NCBI GenBank assembly: GCA_002719815.1
Contig: PBET01000001.1
Coordinates: 131 to 64,130, forward strand
Direction: 5' to 3'
Origin: Methanobacteriota archaeon
Lineage (GTDB): Archaea; Thermoplasmatota; Poseidoniia; Poseidoniales; Poseidoniaceae
Length of the DNA: 64,000 bases
Under the pieces are notes generated by a model that saw only the letters and a list, made by a program, of their open reading frames with translations, did not search any database and was not told the origin of the DNA. The translations under genes and the position numbers were made by a program. Of this stretch, positions 18,876-28,260 are shown one piece after another. Each line of letters opens with the position of its first letter. Within the stretch, counting starts at the first letter, position 1.

Positions 18876-21800
18876 TCAAGGATGATTGCCTAATCGATCA
18901 AGATATTGTTGGCCATAATGAATCCACTGTTCCATGCTCCAACCATCAGGTAGGCCACTTTCTGGCAAAGGTGGTCCAGCGTGTTGGACTTCGTTTTCTG
19001 GAGAAGGTTGTATCGCTTGCATATTCGTTGCATCCACGACAACGGGTTGCGAAATTGGTGGCCCTGATATGACCTCCTCCTCATCAACAAACTCATCTTT
19101 TTGCTTTCGAATAATGAGCAGGATGGCTCCCAAAATCAAGATACCTAGGGCTCCAGCGATGAGTGTGGGCCCATTCATATTCTTGGCAAAAAACGATTCT
19201 TCAGCAGCTGGCCGAGCAAATTCAAACGATTGCGTGTTCGTAAATGCAATGGTCGAATCTTCGTTCGTTGCAGTGATGGTTACCTCGCCGATGTATGTCC
19301 CACCCAGTCGTTGGATTTCGCATCGAATATCCTTGATTGATTCCGTATTTCGAATGAAGGGAAGTGATGCATTAACAACTTGGCCATTGCTAAGCAATGT
19401 GTCATCACATCGTAATTGCCATTGTTCCGGATACGAAAAGGAGTATCCAATGTTCTCAGTTTGCGTTGAATAACTTGTTATGTTGAACCAAGAAATCGCC
19501 GTATCCTCGATTGTGGTATTGCCAACACCAGACATCGTCATGTCGATTTTGCGTTGTTGATCAACCATGATGAGATTCTGATGTTCAAGCCGAATCAAAT
19601 TTCCTTCTTCATCCTGGCCACCTTCAACAAACAATGTAATGACAATGCGTGTGTTGAGTGGAACATCCTCTCCAATGATGATGTCGACAAAGAGCAATTT
19701 CGTCGTACCAGCGTTCATTGGGAAGGTTCGTGTTTCTCCTCCACTTGATGTTGGTCCACCAACACCTGCTGTGAGGAACGCTACAACTTCAGATGTTGGG
19801 GGCGAGGTTGATACAGTGAAACCAACATCCATACTCGATTCAAGAGCGTTGCCAACATTTGTGACAGAGGCGTTGATTTGTTGTGTCGAACCAGTGAGAG
19901 CATGTATGTCCATTATCGAACCATTGAGTTCTGGGAAATGGATACTTCCGGTAATCATATCCACTGAATCCTGATTATCCTCTGGATTGATATCTTCTCC
20001 ATCGGCTGTGATGGCAATGGTCACCGTATGGATTTCTCGTGCAGCTTCAGTCATCGGCACATACAGTAAAATATCGACGGTTTCGGTATCCATACCCATG
20101 TATGTGACGCCCAAATCGATGGATGGTTGATCAAGGACAACACCATCGACACGAACGTCGAATGTCCATGTTGATGGTGAATCAATAAGATCGATATGAA
20201 CGGATGTTGGACCATTGCCATTGTTTTGTACCTCAGCTTGAATCACAGTCACTCCGCCAGGAGCAAGAACATCAGGTTTTGAGAGAATTGTTATACTTGA
20301 ATCATACAAAGTCTCGATGATGATGTTGCTGAAGGTAGGCCCTTCATATTGCATACCACTTCTTGTCGATGTCAAGATCGGCTTAAACTCAGGAGCCATA
20401 TCATTCGCTTGTGCGTTTAATGGAGCTGTGACTGCTACGTAGAATGTTGTCGATGCACCAGGATTGATGACAATTGAAGGCCGTTGTTCTTCCTCAACAA
20501 TCCAACCAATCAGTGGAGTGTAATCCACGCTCAAATCAAAACTATCCTGTCTGCTCGCTTGATTTGTAATCGTGTACGAGATTTCAACACGTTCACCTGC
20601 TTTAAGCATCGTAGGCAGATCGGATGGTTCATTCAATTCGATTAAGGCGTTTGAAATCATTGATGCTTGTACGCTAATCGCTTCTGTCGTTGTCCGACTT
20701 GTATCATTTTGTGCAACCATGGTCAACAAGAAATCTCCTGTTTTGTCTGGTGTTTCGCCTGAAGGAACGGTCATAACGAATTTGACTGATTGGAGTTGAT
20801 TCGGTGTGAGCCTTACAGCTGGAGTTTGGTCAAATGCGAGATTAACGCTCCATCCAGCATCCAATGATTTTGAAGCAACTTGTAAATCAAAGACATCTGT
20901 CGCCTGTCCAATATTCTCTACTTCAATGTAAAATGCACACGATGAACCAGGTGCACAACGTGGTTTGATTTCAGGAATATGAATGTGAGGTATGCGATCG
21001 GCGGAAACCTGAAACTGCATACCTTCCTGAACTGAAAAACTTGGATTTTGCAAACTCGATGCCATGAACGTTAGTGGGACAAAACCAACGCTTTCATTAG
21101 GTCCTGGCTGGAGTTTAACATCAATTTCACGTGATTCTCCTGGCAACAGTCGCACACCCGTACTCGGGTTGATTCCTGCTCCACTTGGATAACTAAAAGC
21201 TACATTCCAATCACTGGGCAAATTCGTGACAGATGGCAACAGCGAGTCGCTGATGTTTCCAGTATTGCTCAGTTCCATGCGTATTTTGCCCCAAGCACCA
21301 GGAATCGCTCCTTCAGTGAATACGCCTGATACATCCAGATTATATTCTTCAATACGTGCGGATTGGTCATAAACAATAACAAAATCATCGAAGAAATAGC
21401 CGACATCGGTTCCAGATGAGTCGCTCGTAAATGTGAATTTAAATCGTGAATTTGAATGGAAATGCGACGACATATCCGCTGGAATTAATGGTGTTGTGTG
21501 CCCCATGTGATTGTTCGAAATCGTCCGCCAATTGGATAATGTTGCTCCAACAGTTCCTGCGATATTTGCTAATTCATCCCAATTTCCTTGTTGATCGAAT
21601 GCATAGACTTTCATTCCGTCATTGGGTTGAGCACTGCCTGTGTAAAAGAACGATAAGCCATTGGTTCTCGTTGGATTTGCAACAATATCACTCATGTCCC
21701 AGATAGGTGTCATGAGATCGGTTTGAAGATTGTTTCCATACGAACTGAATTGGCCTTGTCCAATATGACATGATTGGCCCATGCTCACGGATGTATCGGT

Positions 21801-22400
21801 ATTCGTACCCCAGTACTGTCCAGCATTCCAACCAACAAGTGATGTACAGGTGAAGTAGAGATTGGCAACAGTGTAGTGGCGATTGAGGTTGTTGTTGCTT
21901 GGATTGTCATCGATGCCTTGGAATGAGGGAATGACAACCATGGAGTGATTTCCAGAATAGTTCACATAGACGTTGTAGAATGTTGCAGTTCCTTGACCGC
22001 TCGATGCTAAACTATTCATCGTAACTGTGCGATTAGCTAACTCAAAGCGTTCGTACTCGTTGTGAAGAATGAGCAACTGTACGGTGATGATGCCTGATGC
22101 TGTACTTCCATCATTACGAATTGTCACCTCAATATCCATTGGCGTAGAGTTGACGGTATCGACAGCGTACAAGTCTTTTGGCCTGTCAAAACCGAGGATA
22201 GGATGATTTGATGAGAACATTTTGTATTGTGATTCATCACTAGGATTCGAGTACGTAATCGAGACATCAGTCGCCCTTAGATCGACGCCACTGTTTTTGG
22301 GAGATTGAAGTGCTATAGGAACGACCTCGAGTTCATCAACTGGTGTTAGTTGAAGCAAGAGCAGCAGAACCAATATGCCGGCCACTCCAGTCCTTGCCAT
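18876..22400 (-). CDS. Giant cell-surface protein with repeated CARDB/NEW3-like Ig-fold modules and a C-terminal TM anchor
   Basis: 1174 aa with signal peptide 'GILVLLLLLQLTP'. There are at least 5 modules of the type 'VxNxGxxxDxFxLxV...xxGWxV...LxPxxxxxVxxxVTxP', for example 'VENIGQATDVFDLQVASKSLDAGWSV'. TM helix 'LIAGALGILILGAILLII' is followed by a cytoplasmic tail. Confidence 0.75.
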   Translation of the reverse strand: MARTGVAGILVLLLLLQLTPVDELEVVPIALQSPKNSGVDLRATDVSITYSNPSDESQYKMFSSNHPILGFDRPKDLYAVDTVNSTPMDIEVTIRNDGSTASGIITVQLLILHNEYERFELANRTVTMNSLASSGQGTATFYNVYVNYSGNHSMVVIPSFQGIDDNPSNNNLNRHYTVANLYFTCTSLVGWNAGQYWGTNTDTSVSMGQSCHIGQGQFSSYGNNLQTDLMTPIWDMSDIVANPTRTNGLSFFYTGSAQPNDGMKVYAFDQQGNWDELANIAGTVGATLSNWRTISNNHMGHTTPLIPADMSSHFHSNSRFKFTFTSDSSGTDVGYFFDDFVIVYDQSARIEEYNLDVSGVFTEGAIPGAWGKIRMELSNTGNISDSLLPSVTNLPSDWNVAFSYPSGAGINPSTGVRLLPGESREIDVKLQPGPNESVGFVPLTFMASSLQNPSFSVQEGMQFQVSADRIPHIHIPEIKPRCAPGSSCAFYIEVENIGQATDVFDLQVASKSLDAGWSVNLAFDQTPAVRLTPNQLQSVKFVMTVPSGETPDKTGDFLLTMVAQNDTSRTTTEAISVQASMISNALIELNEPSDLPTMLKAGERVEISYTITNQASRQDSFDLSVDYTPLIGWIVEEEQRPSIVINPGASTTFYVAVTAPLNAQANDMAPEFKPILTSTRSGMQYEGPTFSNIIIETLYDSSITILSKPDVLAPGGVTVIQAEVQNNGNGPTSVHIDLIDSPSTWTFDVRVDGVVLDQPSIDLGVTYMGMDTETVDILLYVPMTEAAREIHTVTIAITADGEDINPEDNQDSVDMITGSIHFPELNGSIMDIHALTGSTQQINASVTNVGNALESSMDVGFTVSTSPPTSEVVAFLTAGVGGPTSSGGETRTFPMNAGTTKLLFVDIIIGEDVPLNTRIVITLFVEGGQDEEGNLIRLEHQNLIMVDQQRKIDMTMSGVGNTTIEDTAISWFNITSYSTQTENIGYSFSYPEQWQLRCDDTLLSNGQVVNASLPFIRNTESIKDIRCEIQRLGGTYIGEVTITATNEDSTIAFTNTQSFEFARPAAEESFFAKNMNGPTLIAGALGILILGAILLIIRKQKDEFVDEEEVISGPPISQPVVVDATNMQAIQPSPENEVQHAGPPLPESGLPDGWSMEQWIHYGQQYLDRLGNHP

Positions 22401-22429
22401 GATTGGATATCATCGCCTATGTATTTGAT

Positions 22430-23251
22430 TTATTCGTCGACGGATTCTTCATTAACTAGGCGCAATTTTTCCTCATTCCTTCGTTCCTTTGCTCGTGCAG
22501 CGAAGTACACTGTAAACGATGGGATGAGTACCATCGAAAAACAACCGACGACTGCTGCTAGGGCCCAGAGAAACTCCGTGGCTGCATCGATTTCAAAAAC
22601 TTCAATGCTTGAAAACGCTTCATTAACAGTGAATACATTGACCAGTGGTTGAACAGACTTGTTACCGGGTTCGATAATTTGTATGATAATTTGAGATGGC
22701 TCATGCTTGTATGATATTTCTTCTCTGGCCAATTCTTCTGCTTCGGATAAAGTATCTGCATAGACTGTTCCATTGGACCGTCTTGCTGGATCGGTCGAGG
22801 TGAGTGATTGTATGCTGATTGAACTGGAATCTGCTTCAACTTCGATGGATTTCTCATAGGTGCAATGTTCTGAACATCTGAAATCTACGGTCTTCCCATC
22901 CACCTCTACTTCAGCATCAGGAACACCTAGGAATGGGTGCGAGTAGAGTTTGCCATCATTGGTGAGTTTGACAACAGCTCCAGCAGCCAAATCGTCCACA
23001 GTTACGTTGATCCAAGTTAGATTTTGGCCATCAGCAGCAATGCTTCCAATCCAAGTGGTTTCGTTGTTCTGGACCACCTTTGTAAGTTCAATATCATCGA
23101 AAACTGTGTCACTCGCTTCGGTTTCGTAGATATAGTAACTCGGAGAAATTGTTGCTCCATAGACTGCATAGGAGAGGAGGACGATAAGGGTCAGAGACAA
23201 ACCTATGAGCGTTCGCAAAAGGTTCGGATTCTGGGCTAAGGCCTTCTTCAT
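22430..23251 (-). CDS. Bitopic envelope protein (N- and C-terminal TM helices, extracellular middle)
   Basis: First gene of the surface-protein operon. The ORF opens with TTG at 23278, and the first ATG is at 23251 ('MKKALAQNPN'). No family recognised. Confidence 0.5.
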   Translation of the reverse strand: MKKALAQNPNLLRTLIGLSLTLIVLLSYAVYGATISPSYYIYETEASDTVFDDIELTKVVQNNETTWIGSIAADGQNLTWINVTVDDLAAGAVVKLTNDGKLYSHPFLGVPDAEVEVDGKTVDFRCSEHCTYEKSIEVEADSSSISIQSLTSTDPARRSNGTVYADTLSEAEELAREEISYKHEPSQIIIQIIEPGNKSVQPLVNVFTVNEAFSSIEVFEIDAATEFLWALAAVVGCFSMVLIPSFTVYFAARAKERRNEEKLRLVNEESVDE

Positions 23252-23339
23252 TGTACTAGCGAAAACGACCCTATTCAAGAATACTTGCTCTTGACCAAAA
23301 CCACATGAATGCGCTTCATTGGACAGGGCTATTCGCCCG

Positions 23340-23351
23340 CTTTATTCAAAT
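23340..23351 (+). promoter_or_regulatory. Candidate BRE/TATA element of the ribosomal-protein operon
   Basis: 'CGCCCGCTTTATTCAAATA' lies 36 nt upstream of the eS19 ATG. A near-identical 'CTTTTATTCAAAT' occurs at 57680..57692. Confidence 0.25.
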
Positions 23352-23386
23352 AGGGGAGATAAGTCGCAGGGTTGCTTGGTGTAGTT

Positions 23387-23881
23387 ATGACGACGTTTTA
23401 CGATGTACCTGCAAACTTTCTGATTCCAGCTCTTGCTGAACAATTGAAGAGCAATACCTCGATTCAGATGCCAGAATGGGCAGATGTTGTTAAGACAGGA
23501 TCCTCAAGAGAGCGTCCTCCGACCCAAGATGACTGGTGGCACACACGCGGTGCTGCTATTCTGCGAAAGATTGCTCGACAAGGACCGATTGGTGTCACCG
23601 CGCTATCACAAGAATTCGGTGGTCGCAAGAACAACGGTTCCAAACCAAACACACCAGGTGTAGGTTCCCGTAAGGTGATCCGAATTTTGGTCCAACAATT
23701 GGAAGATGCAGGGCTTGTTGCAACAGATGTCGGTCGACTCGTAGAACCAGAAGGTCGAGAATCAACACAACTCTACAACGGCCGAGTCATCACTCCGGCT
23801 GGACAAAAACTCCTGAACGAAGTTGCACACAGTGTACGCCCAGAAGTTGAAGCCGCATATCCCGGCCTTGACAAGTATTGA
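23387..23881 (+). CDS. rps19e: 30S ribosomal protein eS19
   Basis: 'MTTFYDVPANFLIPALAEQLK...MPEWADVVKTG...PPTQDDWWHTRGAAILRKI' is a clear S19e signature. Confidence 0.92.
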   Translation: MTTFYDVPANFLIPALAEQLKSNTSIQMPEWADVVKTGSSRERPPTQDDWWHTRGAAILRKIARQGPIGVTALSQEFGGRKNNGSKPNTPGVGSRKVIRILVQQLEDAGLVATDVGRLVEPEGRESTQLYNGRVITPAGQKLLNEVAHSVRPEVEAAYPGLDKY

Positions 23882-23895
23882 TTGGAAGTGAGTGA

Positions 23896-24261
23896 ATGAC
23901 AAGCGTTGCAGACGATTCGATGGAACTCGAAGCGTTCCGTCAACGTCGACAACTGGAATTGCAACAACAACTCGAACAACAAGCCAAGCAACAAGCAGAT
24001 GCTGAGATTGAATCTCAAGTCCAAGCACAAGAACAACAAGCCTTGGATTTAGCGATGAAGACCATTCTTACACCGGATGCACGGAGTCGCCTTGCCAACA
24101 TTTCACTTGTTGATGCAACGAAAGCCGATGTGCTCAAGCGTCAACTTGTTGGCCTTCACGAACAACAAAAAATTTCCATTCCTGTCAACGATGAACAGTT
24201 GAAGAGAATCCTAGCGAACCTATCCAAGAGCCGCAGAGATGCGTCTATCCGTCGAATCTAA
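23896..24261 (+). CDS. PDCD5/TFAR19-like dsDNA-binding protein
   Basis: 'ILTPDARSRLANISLVDATKADVLKRQL' fits the family. The position after S19e and before L39e/L31e is the conserved archaeal arrangement. Confidence 0.8.
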   Translation: MTSVADDSMELEAFRQRRQLELQQQLEQQAKQQADAEIESQVQAQEQQALDLAMKTILTPDARSRLANISLVDATKADVLKRQLVGLHEQQKISIPVNDEQLKRILANLSKSRRDASIRRI

Positions 24262-24276
24262 GAGGGGTGCTCGAAT

Positions 24277-24432
24277 ATGTCAAAAAATAAACCAGCAGCA
24301 AAGAAAATCCGCCTGATGAAAGCAGGCAAGCAGAACCGCCGTGTCCCAGTTTGGGTCATGTTGAAAACGAACAGAAATACGGTATCGCACCCAAAGCGAC
24401 ACCATTGGCGACGTAGCAAGTTGCAACGATGA
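24277..24432 (+). CDS. rpl39e: 50S ribosomal protein eL39
   Basis: Not in the ORF track (51 aa). My translation is [51 protein letters not shown], ending at TGA 24430..24432. Confidence 0.9.
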   Translation: MSKNKPAAKKIRLMKAGKQNRRVPVWVMLKTNRNTVSHPKRHHWRRSKLQR

Positions 24433-24443
24433 GGTGATTCAAC

Positions 24444-24722
24444 ATGGCAAGAGCAGCAACATCAGAATTGGTCGTACCTCTACGAAAGGCTTGGAACATT
24501 ACTCGATTCAAGCGTGCACCCCGTGCAATCCAAATCATTCGAGATGAAGTTATTCGTCACCTCAAGGTTCTTCCCGAAGAAGAGATTTACATCGATCCTT
24601 CCGTCAACGAGAAGATCTGGGAACGTGGTATTGAAAACCCACCTCGAAAGATTCGTTTGACCGTGATTCGACACGATGAGCCAGATATTCCTATTGAAGT
24701 TAAATTGTTTGAGGAGGCCTGA
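24444..24722 (+). CDS. rpl31e: 50S ribosomal protein eL31
   Basis: '[26 protein letters not shown]...[25 protein letters not shown]'. Confidence 0.9.
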   Translation: MARAATSELVVPLRKAWNITRFKRAPRAIQIIRDEVIRHLKVLPEEEIYIDPSVNEKIWERGIENPPRKIRLTVIRHDEPDIPIEVKLFEEA

Positions 24723-24724
24723 GC

Positions 24725-24916
24725 ATGGGGAATATTCGTCCAAGTTTTATCAAAATCCGCGCAATTCGTCTTGTTGAAGAACACGGTGAGAAGTTCACCG
24801 ATGATTTCGATCATAACAAGAAAATGGTTGAGCAACTTACCGATGTAAGTACCAAAAAGTTGCGAAACTGGATTGCAGGATACGTGACTCGTTACCGACA
24901 ACGCCGAACCGATTAA
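24725..24916 (+). CDS. rps17e: 30S ribosomal protein eS17
   Basis: '[35 protein letters not shown]...[15 protein letters not shown]'. Confidence 0.88.
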   Translation: MGNIRPSFIKIRAIRLVEEHGEKFTDDFDHNKKMVEQLTDVSTKKLRNWIAGYVTRYRQRRTD

Positions 24917-24929
24917 TGGGGTTGTCAGA

Positions 24930-25151
24930 TTGCCCATTTGGGTTGATTGGAACAGAACACCCGTATCTGTTCATGGTCCAGAGCAAGAACCACTGGAAGA
25001 ACTCATTCTTCATCTACGTAACACGTACAACGTGCGGCGACGTTCATTGGTGATGCCTGATCGAGAACAAGGGGGTTTCCTGTTCTTCATCTACCAAGCT
25101 TGCAATCCGCTATGGATTGCAGAATTCCTTAACCGATTGGAGGAAGAATGA
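24930..25151 (+). CDS. Hypothetical small protein (non-ATG start)
   Basis: 73-aa ORF opening with TTG. Its stop overlaps the ATG of the downstream methyltransferase (ATGATG/TGA coupling). No family recognised. Confidence 0.3.
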   Translation: MPIWVDWNRTPVSVHGPEQEPLEELILHLRNTYNVRRRSLVMPDREQGGFLFFIYQACNPLWIAEFLNRLEEE

Positions 25152-25987
25152 TGGGTGAGAGAAGCGATTTACCTTTGCCTCATGCGACATATCGTTTGCA
25201 TGTCGTATTGGTTGGTACACAGCATCCAGGGAATCTTGGTGCCGTTTGTCGCTCGCTCTTGAATCATGGCTTTGATTCGTTACGCTTGGTGAATCCAGAG
25301 TGCCATCCTGATGATCTTGAGGCTCGCAATCGAGCGAAACATGCTGGTCGTGTATTGGATACGTGTGGAATGTTCAATACCTTCGAAGAAGCCATCGCAG
25401 ATTGTTCTCTGGTCGTTGGTACGTCAGGAAAGCGAGAGATTGGCGATAAAACACAGAAACGTCACTTCATGTATCCATGGGAATTTACAGAGCGTGTTTC
25501 CAATATTGATCAAAATGTTGCTCTTGTTTTTGGCGAAGAAGGAAAGGGATTGAGTACAGAGGATTTACTTCGTTGTGATTATCTTGTCACACTTCCAACA
25601 TGGGAAGGCTATCCGATAACGAATCTAAGCCATGCAGTTCACACTCTTACCTATGAGCTGCATCGCTACCGAGTCCTCGAAAATCAAGGTCATGATGAGG
25701 CGCTTCCTGATATTGTTCCACTTCAACGAGGAATTTCTCCAGCGCAACGTAATGTGTTGAGGAAGGCAATCGAAGACATCGCTCGATACTTGCCTGGAGG
25801 AGACGAGCGTCGAATTTCGTTTACACACTCCTTGACACGTGCTTTGCAGCGTTCGGGAATGGAACCTGATGAAACAAATCGTTTGATCGGTGGATTTGTT
25901 GATGCTTCGACTGCTCTCGAATTTGTATCACAACTTCCTGAGTGGAAATCGTCTCGACGAAGGCGTGTTGTACTGGAAGAAGAGTGA
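25148..25987 (+). CDS. SpoU/TrmH-family RNA 2'-O-methyltransferase, TrmJ-like
   Basis: 'VVLVGTQHPGNLGAVCRSLLNHGFDSLRLVNP', 'LVVGTSGKRE' and 'ALVFGEEGKGLS' are SPOUT class IV motifs. There is a ~100-aa C-terminal extension. Confidence 0.8.
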   Translation: MMGERSDLPLPHATYRLHVVLVGTQHPGNLGAVCRSLLNHGFDSLRLVNPECHPDDLEARNRAKHAGRVLDTCGMFNTFEEAIADCSLVVGTSGKREIGDKTQKRHFMYPWEFTERVSNIDQNVALVFGEEGKGLSTEDLLRCDYLVTLPTWEGYPITNLSHAVHTLTYELHRYRVLENQGHDEALPDIVPLQRGISPAQRNVLRKAIEDIARYLPGGDERRISFTHSLTRALQRSGMEPDETNRLIGGFVDASTALEFVSQLPEWKSSRRRRVVLEEE

Positions 25988-26437
25988 TTATTCGTACCAT
26001 GAAGCCCAACTCTTGGGCGTTTCACGAACATGCATTGCAACAAGTCTCAATCGATTCCCATAGGCTGTTTGGATATGAGGTTGTACCTGTTCAAATGCCC
26101 ACTTTGCGAGATTTTCTGCAGTCGGAATAAATGGAACAACAACGGTTCTGTGATCGGATGATAGTTGTGATAGAACGGCTCGTGCTTCATCATCGCCTTC
26201 GTAAACAACGAAAGCATGATCGACAACATCGTGGATGTGGACTGTAAGGATTTGACTAACATCACTAAAGTCCATGAGCATTCCTTCTTCACTCACACCT
26301 TCTTGATCAACAATATCGCCTTCAATTTCTGCTTCAAATCGATACCTATGGCCATGAAAATGACGGCATTTACTCTTGTGATTAGGAACTCGGTGTCCTG
26401 TATCGGTTTCGACATATCGACGAATTCTTGTTGTCAT
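25988..26437 (-). CDS. queD: 6-carboxy-5,6,7,8-tetrahydropterin synthase
   Basis: 'TGHRVPNHKSKCRHFHGHRYRFEAEIEG' matches the PTPS/QueD family. It is the last gene of the preQ0 operon. Confidence 0.88.
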   Translation of the reverse strand: MTTRIRRYVETDTGHRVPNHKSKCRHFHGHRYRFEAEIEGDIVDQEGVSEEGMLMDFSDVSQILTVHIHDVVDHAFVVYEGDDEARAVLSQLSSDHRTVVVPFIPTAENLAKWAFEQVQPHIQTAYGNRLRLVAMHVRETPKSWASWYE

Positions 26438-26817
26438 TCTTTCACCTCAAATCGCATTGCAGCACTGTTGATGCAATATCGTTCTCCCCCATGTTTACGT
26501 GGACCGTCGTTGAATACGTGCCCTAGATGGGCATCACAATTACCACATCGTACTTCAACTCTGGTCATTCCGTGAGATGTGTCGATGATTCGTTTAATCT
26601 CTGCATCACAATGTTCTGTGTGAAACGCTGGCCATCCACAACCCGAATCAAATTTCATCTGGTCCGTGAACAGGAGTGTATCACAAACGATGCAAAAATA
26701 ATCACCCTGACGATATTCCTTGTTGAGAATGCCTGTAAATGGCCTTTCAGTACCATTTTGTTGTGTGACATAATATGCCATTTCAGATAAAGATGCAATT
26801 CGTTCTTCATGACTCAT
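26434..26817 (-). CDS. msrB: Peptide-methionine (R)-S-oxide reductase
   Basis: 'YFCIVCDTLLF...SGCGWPAF', 'RVEVRCGNCDAHLGHVFNDGP' and 'RYCINSAA'. The ORF opens at 26847, and an alternative ATG lies at 26817. Confidence 0.9.
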   Translation of the reverse strand: MSHEERIASLSEMAYYVTQQNGTERPFTGILNKEYRQGDYFCIVCDTLLFTDQMKFDSGCGWPAFHTEHCDAEIKRIIDTSHGMTRVEVRCGNCDAHLGHVFNDGPRKHGGERYCINSAAMRFEVKE

Positions 26818-27601
26818 AATGTTCCTCTCCGTTGAATTGTGATTCAACCATCAATGCATGTTTGAGCACATTTTCCCACGCATCTTGATAGGCAATTGGA
26901 TCTTGACGTCCAATTGCATGAAAAGCCAAAATACGTTCGATATCTGAACCGCTTCTACCTGAGCTTCGCCCGTCTTGATCGGGATTGTATGAAGTGATTG
27001 TATTCGCAAGTACTGTGTCGAAATCGAATCCAAGTGTTTGGGTACTCTCAATTGCATCAATTAGAATGGATGTCTTATCCCCATGGAGATATGGCAGATC
27101 AAACGCCACCAATTCACTCTCCCAATTACCCACTTCGAATGCTGCTTGTAGGGCTTGGTAGAATTCCGGTCGACAATCTGGATAGATTGCATGATCGCCA
27201 CTATGTACGCCCAAAGCAAGGACGACTTCTTCGTTTGTTCGCTTAGCTTCAGATAAGGCAAAACCATAGAGGATTGATGCGAAGATTGCGTTTCGATTCG
27301 GAACCACTGTTTGTTTCATTTGATCCTCCTCGTAGTGTCCCTCTGGAACTTCCTGTCCTTTGGAAGTGAGTGCTGAATCAAAAAGAGACATTGCTGGAGA
27401 GAGATCAACGATGTGATGTTGCACATCCAGTCCTTTTGATTGACATAAATGAATTGTAGAAGTCGCTCGTTCAAGTTCGATTGCATGTTTTTGTCCATAT
27501 TGGTATGAAATGCATATGGCACGGTAATCACGTGAGAGGTAGTGCAAAAGAAGACATGTAGAGTCCATGCCTCCACTGAGTGCCATGACGACTGTTTTCA
27601 T
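26807..27601 (-). CDS. queC: 7-cyano-7-deazaguanine (preQ0) synthase
   Basis: 'MKTVVMALSGGMDSTCLL' PP-loop with a QueC-type body. The ATG at 27601 abuts the queE stop. Confidence 0.88.
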   Translation of the reverse strand: MKTVVMALSGGMDSTCLLLHYLSRDYRAICISYQYGQKHAIELERATSTIHLCQSKGLDVQHHIVDLSPAMSLFDSALTSKGQEVPEGHYEEDQMKQTVVPNRNAIFASILYGFALSEAKRTNEEVVLALGVHSGDHAIYPDCRPEFYQALQAAFEVGNWESELVAFDLPYLHGDKTSILIDAIESTQTLGFDFDTVLANTITSYNPDQDGRSSGRSGSDIERILAFHAIGRQDPIAYQDAWENVLKHALMVESQFNGEEHYES

Positions 27602-28260
27602 AGAATTCCCATCCATTTATGTGTCTGCAATGACAGTCTCCAGCCAGTATTTTTTTTTACGAGATTTTCCGTTTCTTGAAACAAGATACCGTTTTCTTCA
27701 ATCGTTGCTGAATCGATATAGCATGGTTGAATGAAGTGATGCTCAAAGCCGGATTTGAGTTCATCATACATGGACAATTCCTGACCACAATAGACAACTT
27801 TCAGCTCATTCCCATTTCGTTGACGAATAACTGAATTTGGATAGACTTGATCTTTTGGAGAAATGCAAATCCAATCGATAAGACCTTCAGGAATCTCGAT
27901 TGTTCCATTGCTCTCCACAGATAGATTGTAGCCTCTACGTTTCAGTAAACGATGCAATGGCCAAAGATTGTGCAGCATAGGCTCACCGCCTGTGAAAATG
28001 ACACGCTTGCAGTCGTATTGTAGAATCTTGCCGAGTATGTCAACGGCATTCATCGATTCGAAGGTATCGAAATCAGTATCGCACCAAGAGCAACGTAGAT
28101 TGCAGGTTCCAAAGCGAACAAACACATGAGGAATACCTGCATGAAATCCCTCGCCTTGAACCGAATGGAAGATTTCAACCACGGGATATTCTGTCGACAA
28201 ATCGGAGGGATCATCACCAACGACTTCGCCAGAACGTGTGCATAACATAATCGTCATCAA
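27598..28260 (-). CDS. queE: 7-carboxy-7-deazaguanine synthase (radical SAM)
   Basis: 'VEIFHSVQGEGFHAGIPHVFVRFGTCNLRCSWCDT' carries the CxxxCxxC cluster in QueE context. Confidence 0.88.
   Translation of the reverse strand: MMTIMLCTRSGEVVGDDPSDLSTEYPVVEIFHSVQGEGFHAGIPHVFVRFGTCNLRCSWCDTDFDTFESMNAVDILGKILQYDCKRVIFTGGEPMLHNLWPLHRLLKRRGYNLSVESNGTIEIPEGLIDWICISPKDQVYPNSVIRQRNGNELKVVYCGQELSMYDELKSGFEHHFIQPCYIDSATIEENGILFQETENLVKKNTGWRLSLQTHKWMGIL

Noticed and set aside
18934-19473. 179-aa ORF antisense within the giant surface-protein gene
   Set aside because: It lies wholly inside the 1174-aa ORF, which is supported by its signal peptide, repeat modules and TM anchor. The antisense product is low-complexity.
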